DNA from: Trichoplax adhaerens
Taxonomy: Eukaryota; Animalia; Placozoa
NCBI RefSeq assembly: GCF_000150275.1
Contig: NW_002060960.1
Coordinates: 572,469 to 636,468 of the forward strand
Direction of reading: 5' to 3'
DNA: 64,000 nucleotides
Every line of letters starts with the position of its first letter. Within the stretch, counting starts at the first letter, position 1. Positions 12,801 to 25,000 of this stretch are shown here, piece after piece. The position numbers were made by a program, and so were the translations under genes. The notes beneath the pieces were generated by a model. The model worked only from the letters and a program-made list of their open reading frames with translations. It had not been told where the DNA came from and made no database searches.

Positions 12801-13723
12801 GGGTCCCATAGCACTCGGTGGACCACCAATCATATCTGCCTTATGGTTTCCTCCTCGTCAACGAACCACGTCAACGGCCATAACGACGATTTTTAGTTAC
12901 CTTGGTGTCGCAACTGCTTTCGTACTTGGACCTAATATGGTATATGAGGTCAAAAATGCTACTGATACCAATAGCAGCGTGTAAGTGCTAGCTTTTCCTT
13001 TTATTAGTAGTGCAACGATACAACACTAAAGCTTACTTTATCATACTATATAAAATGGAACATCAACAGTAATACGGTCACTGGCATAAACTATAATACA
13101 GTGTTTTTTAGGCTTATACGGAATGGGATGAATGGGCTAATTATGTATTTTCATTCATATTGTTGTCTTACAGACCAAAGTCAAATCTTGTATTCTATTT
13201 AAACTCCACAAATTCGGGTACGTAGCTCGCTTCATTACTTTCCGAGATTGTATAGTCACTGGCACGTCTTCGGATATTGTCTATCCCTTCTACGATATGC
13301 CAAAATTAATTCTTATTTCAATGAAGCAGTTAAAGTAATGCGTAATTTGAGTTAGTAAACATCAACTGATCTCAAACAATTTTTACAAATTCATTGTAAT
13401 CTACGGTTTGCTACCTGAACCACGTTGCCCTGCAACGAAATATAGTTATGATATATGCGAACTATGCAAAATACTATGTAGCCAACTCTGTTCAGCTAAT
13501 GATATTTTTACTGTAGATAAAGGCAATATTGTGATGATTCTCTAATAATTAATCTATCATTGACTTCCATTACTTAGATGAAATTCGACAAAAAGTTGGT
13601 GATCAAATGTGGGACTTTTTATTGATAGGTACCACCATTAAGTTTATAAATAACTGTTACCGATCCGGACACTTACTAAAGTTATATGCTCTAAATATAA
13701 TTATCTTTTTCCTCTCTGTGTAT
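6848..13723. repeat. Copy 2 of the ~6.8-kb duplication; continues into unique sequence
   Basis: Colinear with 16-6797. The MFS gene continues intact past 13723. Confidence 0.93.
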
Positions 13724-15227
13724 CAATATGAAACATATAGAATTCATCATCTCAGTAGTAATCTTTTTGTGCATGCTGATTTACTTTCCTTCGCGGCCAA
13801 AACTGCCTCCAAGTGTATCAGCTTCAAAGGATCGTATGAATCTCAAAGATGGAGTTAAATCTCTTATCAGGTAGATATTGAACTGTACCAGTAAATGCGA
13901 CGCATGTAAGAAATTTTCGCAACAATCTACAAATATGTATATGCTTACAATATAGCAGAATTGGTTTGCGTTACATTGAAAACTTGATGGCTTATATTTA
14001 TTATTATTATTCAACTTCTAGGAACAAGAGTTTTTGGAATTTATTCATATGCTATGGTGCTAGCACTGGTAATGCTTACATACTAAGCTAACGGACTATC
14101 GCAGTCTAATAATGTGATTTACGTATTCCTGCTTGTATGTGCTAAATTCAAATTATATGGAATTATTTTAACCCATATTATAGGGGTGTATGCCGCGTGG
14201 GGAGCAGTTTTAAATGTTAATTTACAATCTTTCAATGTTGACCAGGTTAGGCTTAAAATATTTAGTGTGTTTTTTCATAACCGTATAAAATAGCTAATTA
14301 TCCCGCTACCATTTATTACTAATTTCGTATAGATACTTGCCGGTTGGTTAGGCTTTTATGCCAACATTGCAGGATGTGTAGCAGGTGTCACACTTGGATT
14401 GTAAGCATTCGCTTTCATTTTATAATATTTTAAATACAGGTCTATTTTTACACAATACCCTATGAAAGCGTCTTATCACATTAACTTTTGTTTTGATTAA
14501 TTTAGCTTTTCAGATATCTTTGCTGGAAAAATGAAGATATCATTAATTTGTATGATGATCGGATCAACAGTTTCTTTCTTGTGGTTCACCTTAGTATGTT
14601 TCAAATATGTACCATTTTCTGAAGGTAAGCAAGACGTTATCAGATAAAAGAAGTCTAATGGCGATAGTGTTCGACCACAGTAATTTGACTGTATATCTTT
14701 AGTTTTTAAACACATTGCATATCTGTTGGGCATTGATGGTCTGTCAACATCCTCTCTATTATTATAGCTAGCCTTTACATAACGAGTATCTTGGGTGGAT
14801 TGTTTGTCAATGGAGCTATACCTTTATATTATGAACTGAATATGGAAGTTTGTTACCCAGTACCAGAGGGGATAACCTCAGGAGCATTAACAATGTCGAA
14901 CAATGCTTTCGGAATATTTTTCCTGCTATTGTTTCTGATTCCAAATATCGGTAAGTACACTCATAGGAATAATCAGTTATTACCGTGTAGCGATGTCCTA
15001 GTTAATTCTTCAGGCATCTTTATGATATTACACGTGTAACTGATTGTAAACTTGCTATTACCTTAGGCTCGTTATGGACCAATTGGTTATTACTTGGCTG
15101 TTGTGCCGCTTGCGTGCCGCTATTGTTGTTTTTCAATGGTCGCTATAACAGACTGGAATTGGATATTCCCCAAGATGTTACTACCGTCAATGGCGTCCAT
15201 AAAGATGATACAAATAATAAGGCGTAA
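10442..15227 (+). CDS. SLC49A4: SLC49 family (SLC49A4/DIRC2-like, FLVCR-related) MFS transporter, 12 exons, 478 aa
   Basis: Phase-consistent GT-AG exons: 10442-10706, 12185-12275, 12765-12980, 13174-13217, 13578-13628, 13741-13870, 14022-14068, 14184-14245, 14333-14400, 14506-14624, 14768-14950, 15067-15227 (1437 nt). DIRC2-like motifs: YRRRWYIL, QGMVWNTWGP, HIAQILNGFAGP, SALWFPPRQRTTSTAI, YFPSRPKLPPSVSA, PLYYELNMEVCYPVPEGIT, YNRLELD. Confidence 0.9.
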
Positions 15228-16611
15228 TCTTATTTATATTCAGTAGTAGCTGAAGTTACTTTAATATTTCGATTATTTAATTTTGTTACGCATTTCCCTT
15301 AAATGTCCAAACTTTTGAACGTGCGAGTATGCTACGCGTATTATCATTATTATCCCCCAAATTTTATTTGTGACAACCCCTTATTATTAACGCTTTTAAT
15401 TCGATACAGATATTTATCTGAACATGTTTATTTAAAAATTAAAGTTGATTGCACGATAAGTTTACAATTTATATAAACTCTGATTCATTTTAACTAATCT
15501 ATATTAATCTAAATTAAATTGCTGTACTAAATTAAGATTGGATGTTTTTTGCATGATGCAATCGAACTCAACACCTCGTTCTGTCGATGCTTTGCTGTAG
15601 TATGTAAAGTTTATCCTCAAGTGAGGCGGTCATTAATATGTTGTTGTTATAGTTTATGCAACATGAAACGATTTCTAATTCAACGGAGCTTACCAGGTTA
15701 GATAATTATTCGCAAATCTATCTATCTCTGTGAAATGGATCTAATTTTTGCGGGTATCTCGTTTAAGTAGTTTCGGTTAGCCATATTATTCTTTTATGCC
15801 GTATGAATAAATTTTACAATAAACATGAATAATTTTAACTTCGATTGGAATTGAACAAGTATATCAATATTTTCGAGATATTATAGCAATATTGCCTGTA
15901 CATTACTCTAATAACGTCTTCATGACTAATGTATAGTGGCCAGTATTTATAACTATTTCATCAGTTTAGTTAATCCTATGTAAAATTTACGAATCTAAAT
16001 TTCTAATAATACAAGTATTAGCATTCCCGTAAGAAGCAATCAAAAGCGCTTTGATTGATATAACTTTCGTAATTGAAGTCTATTTTAGCTACAGTAAGTA
16101 ATTTGGCATTTCTTGTTGTAAGGATCTTTAGTAAATAACATCATTTTTCTACTCAACACTACGTATTAGTGCATTTCTGCATTCACAAATTGCAAGACAT
16201 GTTCATTTATTGCATGTTAAATTTTTAATATTTTCCTGGTTCACCTACTGATGTAGTCGAATTTATATCATTCGACTTCTACAGTACTATATGTTTCTAT
16301 GAAAGCCTTCGTTGATGATTTCAACAAATGAACAGACGCTAAATAAACTAGCCAATTACTGAAGCAAAATATAATAGTCATTCTTCAAGATTGTAATTCA
16401 TAACTATGCACATATTTAATTTCATAACTGAAGAAATTAATGAAAGCAATGGAATCTAAAATTTCACTGCCATACTTGTAAGCCTTCCAACTATTTTATT
16501 TAGGAAGCAACTATTACAAGCAGCCAAGGCCCGGCGTTCAATAAAAGTTAATAATAGTATTATCCTCCTAAACATACACTAAAGCTACTAAATTGATCCT
16601 CAAAGTAAATT

Positions 16612-16916
16612 AAAAATGAGGATTCATTTCCTATTCCATATTAAAGTACATCTTGTAGTAAATTGCAACACACCATGAATACGATAGCCTAAGCAAGTAA
16701 GTAACAAAAATCAGTACAAAAATATGGCGTTCCAGTTAGACAAATCACATTATCTAATATTTAAATCAAAAATGAGGATTCATTTCTTATTCCATATTAA
16801 AGCATATCTTGTAGTAAATTACAATGTACTATAAATATGATAGCCTACAGTAAGTAAGTTAGTAGCTAAAACCAGTATAAAATATGGCATTAGAGTTACA
16901 CAAATCACACTAATAT
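16612..16916. repeat. Diverged tandem duplication, 2 x ~156 bp, just downstream of the ATIC stop codon
   Basis: AAAAATGAGGATTCATTTC(C/T)TATTCCATATTAAAG...CAAATCACA..CTAATAT starts at 16612 and again at 16768. Confidence 0.9.
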
Positions 16917-17010
16917 CCCCGATTATGTACGATATCTCTTATCGAATTCGGTAAAGTAACACTAGATCAAAATCGGTAAATCAAAACAGATAAGCCTCGT
17001 TCTCCATTTG

Positions 17011-19008
17011 TTAATGATGGAATAAACGCTCAGGCAGTCGAGTTAAGACTATATTTTTATCGTTGCAAGCAGAAATGATATCATCATCGCGAGTAGAACC
17101 CATCGGAGTAGCTATATATTGAACACCAATAGTGCTGGCAAAATTTATACTATCGCGAAATGGAAAAAATGCATCGGAGCTCATAGATAACTGTCCTAGC
17201 TTGGACAACCACTTTTGACGCTCATCCATGGATAGTTCTTGAGGTTCTTTCTCCCAGTAGCTTTCCCAATCCGTTTTAGGGATGTCGATATCAAGGGTAC
17301 CTCGAACATATACATCTATGATATTATTCATTTCAGAACGCTGAACATAATTTTTAAATTGAGCAGTTGCTAGGTAAGGATGTTGTCTCAGCCACCATAG
17401 CTTTGCTTTTTCACCTGCAAGTCGAACGCAATGAATACGTGATTGTTGTCCTGCACCTAATCCAATTATCTGGCCATTGCAAGCATAGCAAACAGAATTG
17501 GATTGGGCATACTTCACAGCGATAGTTGCCACCAATAGGTCTAAGATAGCGCTACTGGGTAAATCCTTTGCTCTGGTAAGAATGTCGGATAATGCTTCAC
17601 GATTAATAACGGAATTATTCCTTTCTTGCTGCAGATGAAGTCCGAAAACAGTTCGATATTCCTTTATCGATGGACGATAGCTAGAATTCATCGTTAAAAT
17701 GATAAACTTTCCGGACTTTTTCTTCTTAAGCATTGCTAATGCATCGGGATGATATTCGGGTGCTATTACACCATCTGAAATATCAGCGCATATCAGTTTT
17801 GCTGTTGCAATGTCACAAATATCGGATAAGGCAATCCAGTCTCCAAAAGACGAAAGCCGGTCAGCACTTCTAGCTCGGGCATACGCTGTCGCTTGAGCAG
17901 TAAGCTCAAATCCTTTTACCATGCTTGATAAAACTTCAGCACTCGATAATGGTACGGCCACAGCCGCACCTGCCGGACTTACATGTTTAAATGACGCTGC
18001 CGCAGGCAGACTGGAAATATTACGAAGTTCTTGCACAAGTTGCCAGCTGTTTAAAGCATCTAGCATGTTTATAAAGCTTGGTTTTCCGTTTAAAGTGGCT
18101 ACTGGCAATACATCAGAAAACGTAAAAATTTGAGCTTCCTTCTGATGTGAATTCATGCCATAACGTAAATCCATTTGAGATGTACCCGCTTTAAACTCAT
18201 AGCGAAGATAATTGCTAATAGCGAAATCGTATGCAGCCGTTGTATTTAAAGCTTTCAATGCTAATTCCTTCCTTAATCCTAAAGTGGTGCGATTTTCTTG
18301 GCTAGCTTCTATCTCGGAACAAATTCGTTGGTAATCATTTGGATCGCAAACTGCAGTCACACGCTGATAGTTTTTGGCAGCAGCTCGTAGTAATGTTACG
18401 CCTCCGATATCAATTTGCTCAATTGCATCATCTATTTTAATGCCGCGTTTTGCTATCTCTTCGAAGGGGTATAAATTGCAAACGACAACATCAAAAAATT
18501 GATAGCCGAATTCAACCATTTCCTGCAAGTCCTCAGGGCAGTTGCGTGCTAAGATCCCAGAATGAATTGCTGGATGCAATGTTTTAACGCGGCCTGCCAG
18601 CATTTCTCGATGACGGGTAATTTGAGAAACATCTACCACCGGGATATAATTTGACCTAAGACATGCAGCAGTGCCACCAGAAGCAACTATTTCATAACCG
18701 AATTCGTAAAGTTGCGTTGCAAACCATGGTAAATTTTCACGATTGGACGTACTCACGAGAGCTATTATCAAGATGAAATTGATCATTAAAGCTTAATGTA
18801 GCCAATTTATCATTATTGTGAACACTCTACTTTATCAGACTTGAATATTCTACGATCTCTGCACATAATACAGTGATGCTGCACAGCAAGCAGAAATTGA
18901 CATAACGCATTTTTAACTGAAAAATAGACTGCATGTTTTTAATCGGCAATGCATGGCAAATCGCAATAAAATACTGAATCTACCTAATAATTTTTGAGGG
19001 CTAGCCAT
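17011..19008 (-). CDS. ATIC: Bifunctional AICAR transformylase / IMP cyclohydrolase (ATIC/PurH), 2 exons, 591 aa
   Basis: Exon 2 (18761-17011) has ASGGTA, GRVKTLHP, EQIDIGGVTLLRAAAKN, LRYGMNxHQ, SFKHVSPAGAA, QSNSVCYA, GAGQQSRIHC, SSDAFFPFRD and the C-terminal RLFHH. Exon 1 (19008-18984) is ATG GCT AGC CCT CAA AAA TTA TTA G|gtagat (MASPQKLL|A), joined by a 222-nt phase-1 intron ending ataatag. Confidence 0.95.
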
Positions 19009-22000
19009 CTTCAGTTTTTCGAAATTTCAGATCCACCAAAGAATCTTATAGATGAACAAATGGGAGTGATATTTTAAAGCTTGAGCCTCGAAATTTTATA
19101 TAAAGACGTGTTACAGTATACGTTCACAGCAACTTTGGCAGAAAATTTTTAAATGTTTACTCTACTCCACAATTCCATTACAGGTGATAGTAAAGTATTT
19201 TATACGTATGTCAATCTTAGCGAATTAATATAGATAGATACAAATAATTTATCACCTATTATAATTATTTATAGTATATCATAGGTCTAGTCTCTCTTAG
19301 ACAGTCTATGTTATCCAATTGCAATAATTAATCAACGGTGCCACTCATTTGCAAAAGAATATTAGCAAATAATAAAAATAATATTATAGAATTTATAGCT
19401 TGGTTTTATAGTTAATAGGTTTTTAGCTAATAATTAATTAACTCTATTCTGTATATGGCTTAGCTCTCATTGGTACTTTAAACTTGCACAGGCGTAACTA
19501 GATCGAAATATCACTTTACAACGACAATATGACAGTAGCCCAATGCACCATCATATGTCAATATTAGATTTATGTATTGTCTTACGATCTTTAGAGCTAA
19601 TGTAGCAGACATCAAATCGTAAGGCGATCAGGTGTGAACTTTGCATCTAGATCAGAGTGACAGTTGATTCTGCTTTGTTTTGTTGAAATAAGGAGTAATT
19701 TTTGACGATGTGATAAATTTGACACCCAAGTATATTGAATCGAGTAATAAATTTCACTATGCAAACAGGAAAAATTACGGCAATCAAATAGCAATAGTTA
19801 TACTCGTGTATACGCATAATGCTACAACGATTATCCATTGATATTTTGGCATACTGCAGTTTAGAATCAGTTGAAATTACGTATACTGTTTTTAAACTAC
19901 TACTTGTTGCGTCATGATGAACTTATACATCGTGTGATAGTGGTTATATCATACAGTAATTATGTGCATTAATCGAGGATTTGGCCGAATATAATAATAA
20001 TTAACCAATTTACCAATTTTCCATAGACAATTGGGTCTTGAGTTCGAAACATTGTAGTCGGTTTTAGAGAAAATATTAGCCAAGACAAAAATAAGGAAAT
20101 TAATATCGACAAGAAAGTCATTATACTGGTTTAATAACCTGCCGTAAAGCCAATTCACAGATTGAATCGGTCGAACTGCTTTCATCTAGGAGCAATACCT
20201 AACACAAGGAATTAAATATTTTCAGCGAGAAAAAATATTCAAGCAATTGTTATTTTTGGAGTAAGTTCGCTCCTTTCTAGGCAGATATTACTATACTCGT
20301 ATTGTAGTATTAGATACTTGGAATTTGTAAAAGATTGTCAGCTGATACCGCAAGAAATTTTCTTGTCTATCTTAAAATCTGGAATAAAACAAGAAAATGA
20401 AATTATTGCCACATTATGACCTCAACAGTCATACGGATTAGACCGATTTAAAATATACCGCGCAAAGTTGAAAGGTCTTACTTAGGCAAGACCACAACCC
20501 AAGCCCTAACCCAAGCATATCGGAGAATTTTAACATTACAATCATCTACACTGTAATGGATAACTTGTAAATAAACTTCTAACCAGCAGTAAGTATGAGT
20601 AATTCGATAATATTAGAGATAATAGATAATTGTCTTACATTAAATATAGTTAATTACTTCGCTCAATTTTAGTCTGCTTTTCTTAGATTGTTACACATAT
20701 TCAAATACTGGACTCATTATTGTGATATACAACGGTAGTTAACGAAACCCTTAATTCCGTTTTTGGTTCAAAATCAATCAAAGCGCTGTACTGTAATCAT
20801 TACGTCTATTGCAGATAATCAAAACGATTTTAATTTTTGTCGTCACCATACCCTCTACAGCACTTGCAGAATCAACAACATCATTATAATTATAAATCTC
20901 GGTTGAAAGTCAGCTTAAATCTATCGTGATTATGAGTCTTGAGCAACTCAGCATAAACAGATTTGACGCGTAATATTACTGGATTTTGCAGTGTTTTCAT
21001 CATGCATTGTCGTTGTTTACAATCTACTTAGGAAGTCAAAGTTAATTTTATTTACGTTCTACATTACCACACTTTACTGATAAATTGTAGATGCCGGTAG
21101 GTCGAGTAGTATAAAATATCTACAATAACTTATTTTACAAAATCTGGGCATTAGAATTTTAGTGCATGCAATGGTTTTGTAATAACTTGATTAATTCTTT
21201 ACACATTAAAATATGCATATGAATACTGTGCAGGTAGGTATTCTCTTTATTTACAGACAATTCTATGCTACTTGTGCAAGTAATGTTCAGAACTTCCGAT
21301 ATTGTTTTCATGGCAGAAATTGCGTCTATTCGGTGCTAATACTACAGAACATATTTACTCACTACCAAGAGCACTCTTGCTGCGTGATTAAAGGTGATTG
21401 TATACTGTAAAATATAAATAGCTACTTAACAGCTACAATTATAGCGCTAGACGACGTTATCAGTATTTGTTTACAAATATTGGACCTGGCGAGCTAAGGG
21501 AAAGCACTTTACCATGTGTTACCTTTAGGTTAAATTTCTTAATCTTTGTATTATTATTAAAAGACAATTGACTTAATCTGTCTCGCCAGCGGTTGTGTAC
21601 CTATGTAAATGTACATATCAAATATTTTGGCGGTAAATACTTTAAAAAATCGAGAGCAAAGTGTAATTAGCGAATACGGAATATACAGTATACGACTAAC
21701 TCGAAATGCAGTGCAGTAATGGTTTGCAAGATAGGACCTACCTACTTGCCTTTACTATTCAAAACAGGACGTCATCCTATATAGGACATGCCGTTTAATA
21801 AATACTTATTATAGGCCCTATAGAAATATCGGTAAATTCAATTATATACGATAAACCTCCACCCACTGAATGTTTGTCGGTACAAACTGTTCGAGTGATC
21901 CATCAGTTGAAAATGAATAGCCTGTTACGTAGGATTAATGCAAGATTTTATTTGTTTAACGTTGCAATAGGATACAAAGTGACAGAACATGGTGATATCA

Positions 22001-25000
22001 ACTTTAAAGAAATGATAATCATCCTTAGCTATTACATTACATAAAATAAAAACATACGTGTACATATTCAACAATATTTGTGGGCATGTTGACTAATGAA
22101 TGCATTGTATTTCGTAGAGTCTTGCATACCTCCCAGCTTCGATGCTATTGTACTAATAATTAAATTAATTTTCAATCGATCCAAGTTCACACATTATAGC
22201 AATCATATCAAAAAATTCATGTCAAATTGGACATTAGCGGCGCTTTCTTGCTTACTTACAATTACAGAACAGTTATTCCTTTCGTAATGCATTCATTTTG
22301 CGACCAATGCAGAAAATGAATGCCACTAATTGATGATGGCTAATAAACAATTCCGTACGTCATCTGTAATATTTACCAATCAAAGCCATCAGTAATATTT
22401 CCGTTTTTGAAGTTAAAATCTGTTCTAACTATGCGTCATATTTTATTGTCGATTAGTGTACGGTGAATTTTTGTTCAGTGGCGTAATTTAGTTAGTACCG
22501 AATTCATGAATTTCGCCCGTAAATATTTGATATTCCGAATGATTTTCTTCATGAATCACTATCTTAATTGTGCGTTAATTCGTTTACATAATCTGTCCTA
22601 TAGCATTCTTTAATTCTATTAGCTGTCTTTACGTTCTTATTCCAATATTCAATATTCATTTCGGTAATTTTCCCTTTACTAATCACATTTTGGTCATACG
22701 TTGATTTATTCGTGATTGACAATCTGATACCACATTTCAATTTTATTGGTTCTTGCTAATTGTTTATTAGTCAAAGGTATGCAGTGCTGACTAATTTTGC
22801 TCTATCATGGTTAAATGAATCACTGTTTTTGTAAATAGATATACAACTGCGGATACCTTTTGTTCGTAGTTCTTAACGATATTACTAAATCATTTTCAAA
22901 CGCTGGGTATGTGTATAGTCTGTCATCATGATTGCATATTTTTTTTATACCTAAAATGCAAATAAAATTGATTATATCTATATCCTGTCCATTGTAGCTG
23001 TCCTCGTAGTAATGCATTGTTATCAGGTATCAAGAAAACTGATTTATTCTTGCGCCTACAGTGAGCAAATGAGAAGCTAAATTCATTATGTACTACAATT
23101 ATATTATCGATCAATCATCTCATTATATATAAAACTAAATAGAAATTAAATTATCGCCAATCGCATAAAGTATAACACAGCTGATTAATGCTGCTAATGA
23201 ATGAAATCTTATAGTATGAGATTCTTAACAGTGTTTGCAGATCAAAAACACTAAAAGCTTTCTTAAAATGCTACAGTATGATGGAATGTTATAAATAATG
23301 CGTAATGAGACATACTATACAGACAGCTTGGGACATAAGGTTAGAACTTTAATATACAACAGGGATAGGCTAGATGGCACCTAAGGCATCGCATACCCTC
23401 CTCATATATGAAGCTATGGATTTTTTCTTTAAAAAAACACTATTTGACAATATGTGCCAGATTCGTAATATGAATAAAACTAAACATAAGGTTGACTGTT
23501 CTTATTTATAAATACATACAGTATAATAGTTCAATTTAATCATCAGGGCTATAATATGACTTTACAATTATTAGTATCGAATTTTTTTGGCAAAGGCTAA
23601 AATCTACTTGAATAGTAAGTAAATTGAGGCTGGTAACAAAGCGCAAAAGGAATAAGCCTTTCATTTTGAAATGGATTCGTCAACTATCCATTATCGTATG
23701 AAATCTAGGCTGCATAGAATTACCATCTTGTTACGTGGAACGAATGGCGTATTTACTATTGATTTACAGAGATTGTCTTGAATATAAGTTTCATGATGAT
23801 AGAGTTCACCGCCATTCATTTTATGAATGAAAGCGTGGATCAGAACAACAATGGTATAATTGAATATTTCGATTATGTGCCACACTTATATTAAAAAAGA
23901 ATCCCTCCAACTCAATCAAGATAGTATAAGGCCAGCATATTGTTGTATAAGCCATCTGTTCACACAGATTGCAAAAGTTAATTGCATTTATTGTATTATG
24001 CCATCTAGCTTTAAAGTGATTATAGCATTGTTTAATATGATGAAAATACATGCTTACGAGAATGAATAATTTATGAGCTTCCATTGGGATTAATCTTGTT
24101 TATCGAATAGAAATATAGCAGTCGTGGGTGATAATTATATAATAATTAATTATATACGAAAATACCCATACTGCACTTCATCAACATCTTGAGGTATTAA
24201 ACAATTATTCGAGAAAATGAAGATGTGTCTTGTAACATGCAGTAGCGTTATGCATTAAAACAATACTATACGAGTGCCTTTTTTTGAGATTACTAGAGCT
24301 CTAGTTAATGATAATTTTAAATAATTACCTTGTATAGTCTGAGGAAATGGCTCGAACGCCTAGAAAAACTTAAATTAATGTAACAAAAGATTCTAAGCAG
24401 AGTTACTTTAAAGTTATTCTCAACGAAATAGGAATTAGGTCTTACTTGTTAATACAGAGTATTATTTGATATTATAGAGTACTATACATATCGTTAATAG
24501 AAATATTATTCACCATCTTTTGATTTAATTTCTAGGTGAAATCTTTATTTGTATAAAGCAAGTTAGAAAGATATTTAAAGATAACAGCTGTTGCCTTCGT
24601 ACGAAGTACAGAAGAATCGTCGATATAATTGATTCATCTTTAATAACGATCGAAATAATATACTATTTAATACCAATCCTACAGTTCTTGATAAACAATA
24701 AAATACAAATGATCAGAATTAATAAAAGATTAGATGTACATTATTGAAACAAAGACTTGAGTAGATTTTATTTTTTTTTTTTTATAATAAATTGGGTTGG
24801 AGATCATATTGCAATAATGATGATTATAGAATACCGTCTCTATAAGACTGGCAGCAAGGTGTAATTTTTCAGACTATTCGTGTTCGATACAATTCTTGAT
24901 ATCTTCTTATGAAGTGTTAGCGATCAATTAAATCAGTATTTGTATACCTCGCAATACTATGTATATCAGTGATACAAATCAAGTTGATAAATGCTTAACA

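Noticed and set aside
18762-18786. ORF-track start MINFILII, and the reading of ATIC as an intronless, horizontally acquired bacterial purH
   Set aside because: This segment ends in an AG acceptor matched by an upstream micro-exon, and the protein has eukaryote-type motifs (YGMNxHQ, SFKHVSPAG, RLFHH).
20495-20516. Telomere-like AACCCAAGCCCTAACCCAAG
   Set aside because: Only one true CCCTAA unit; compatible with chance
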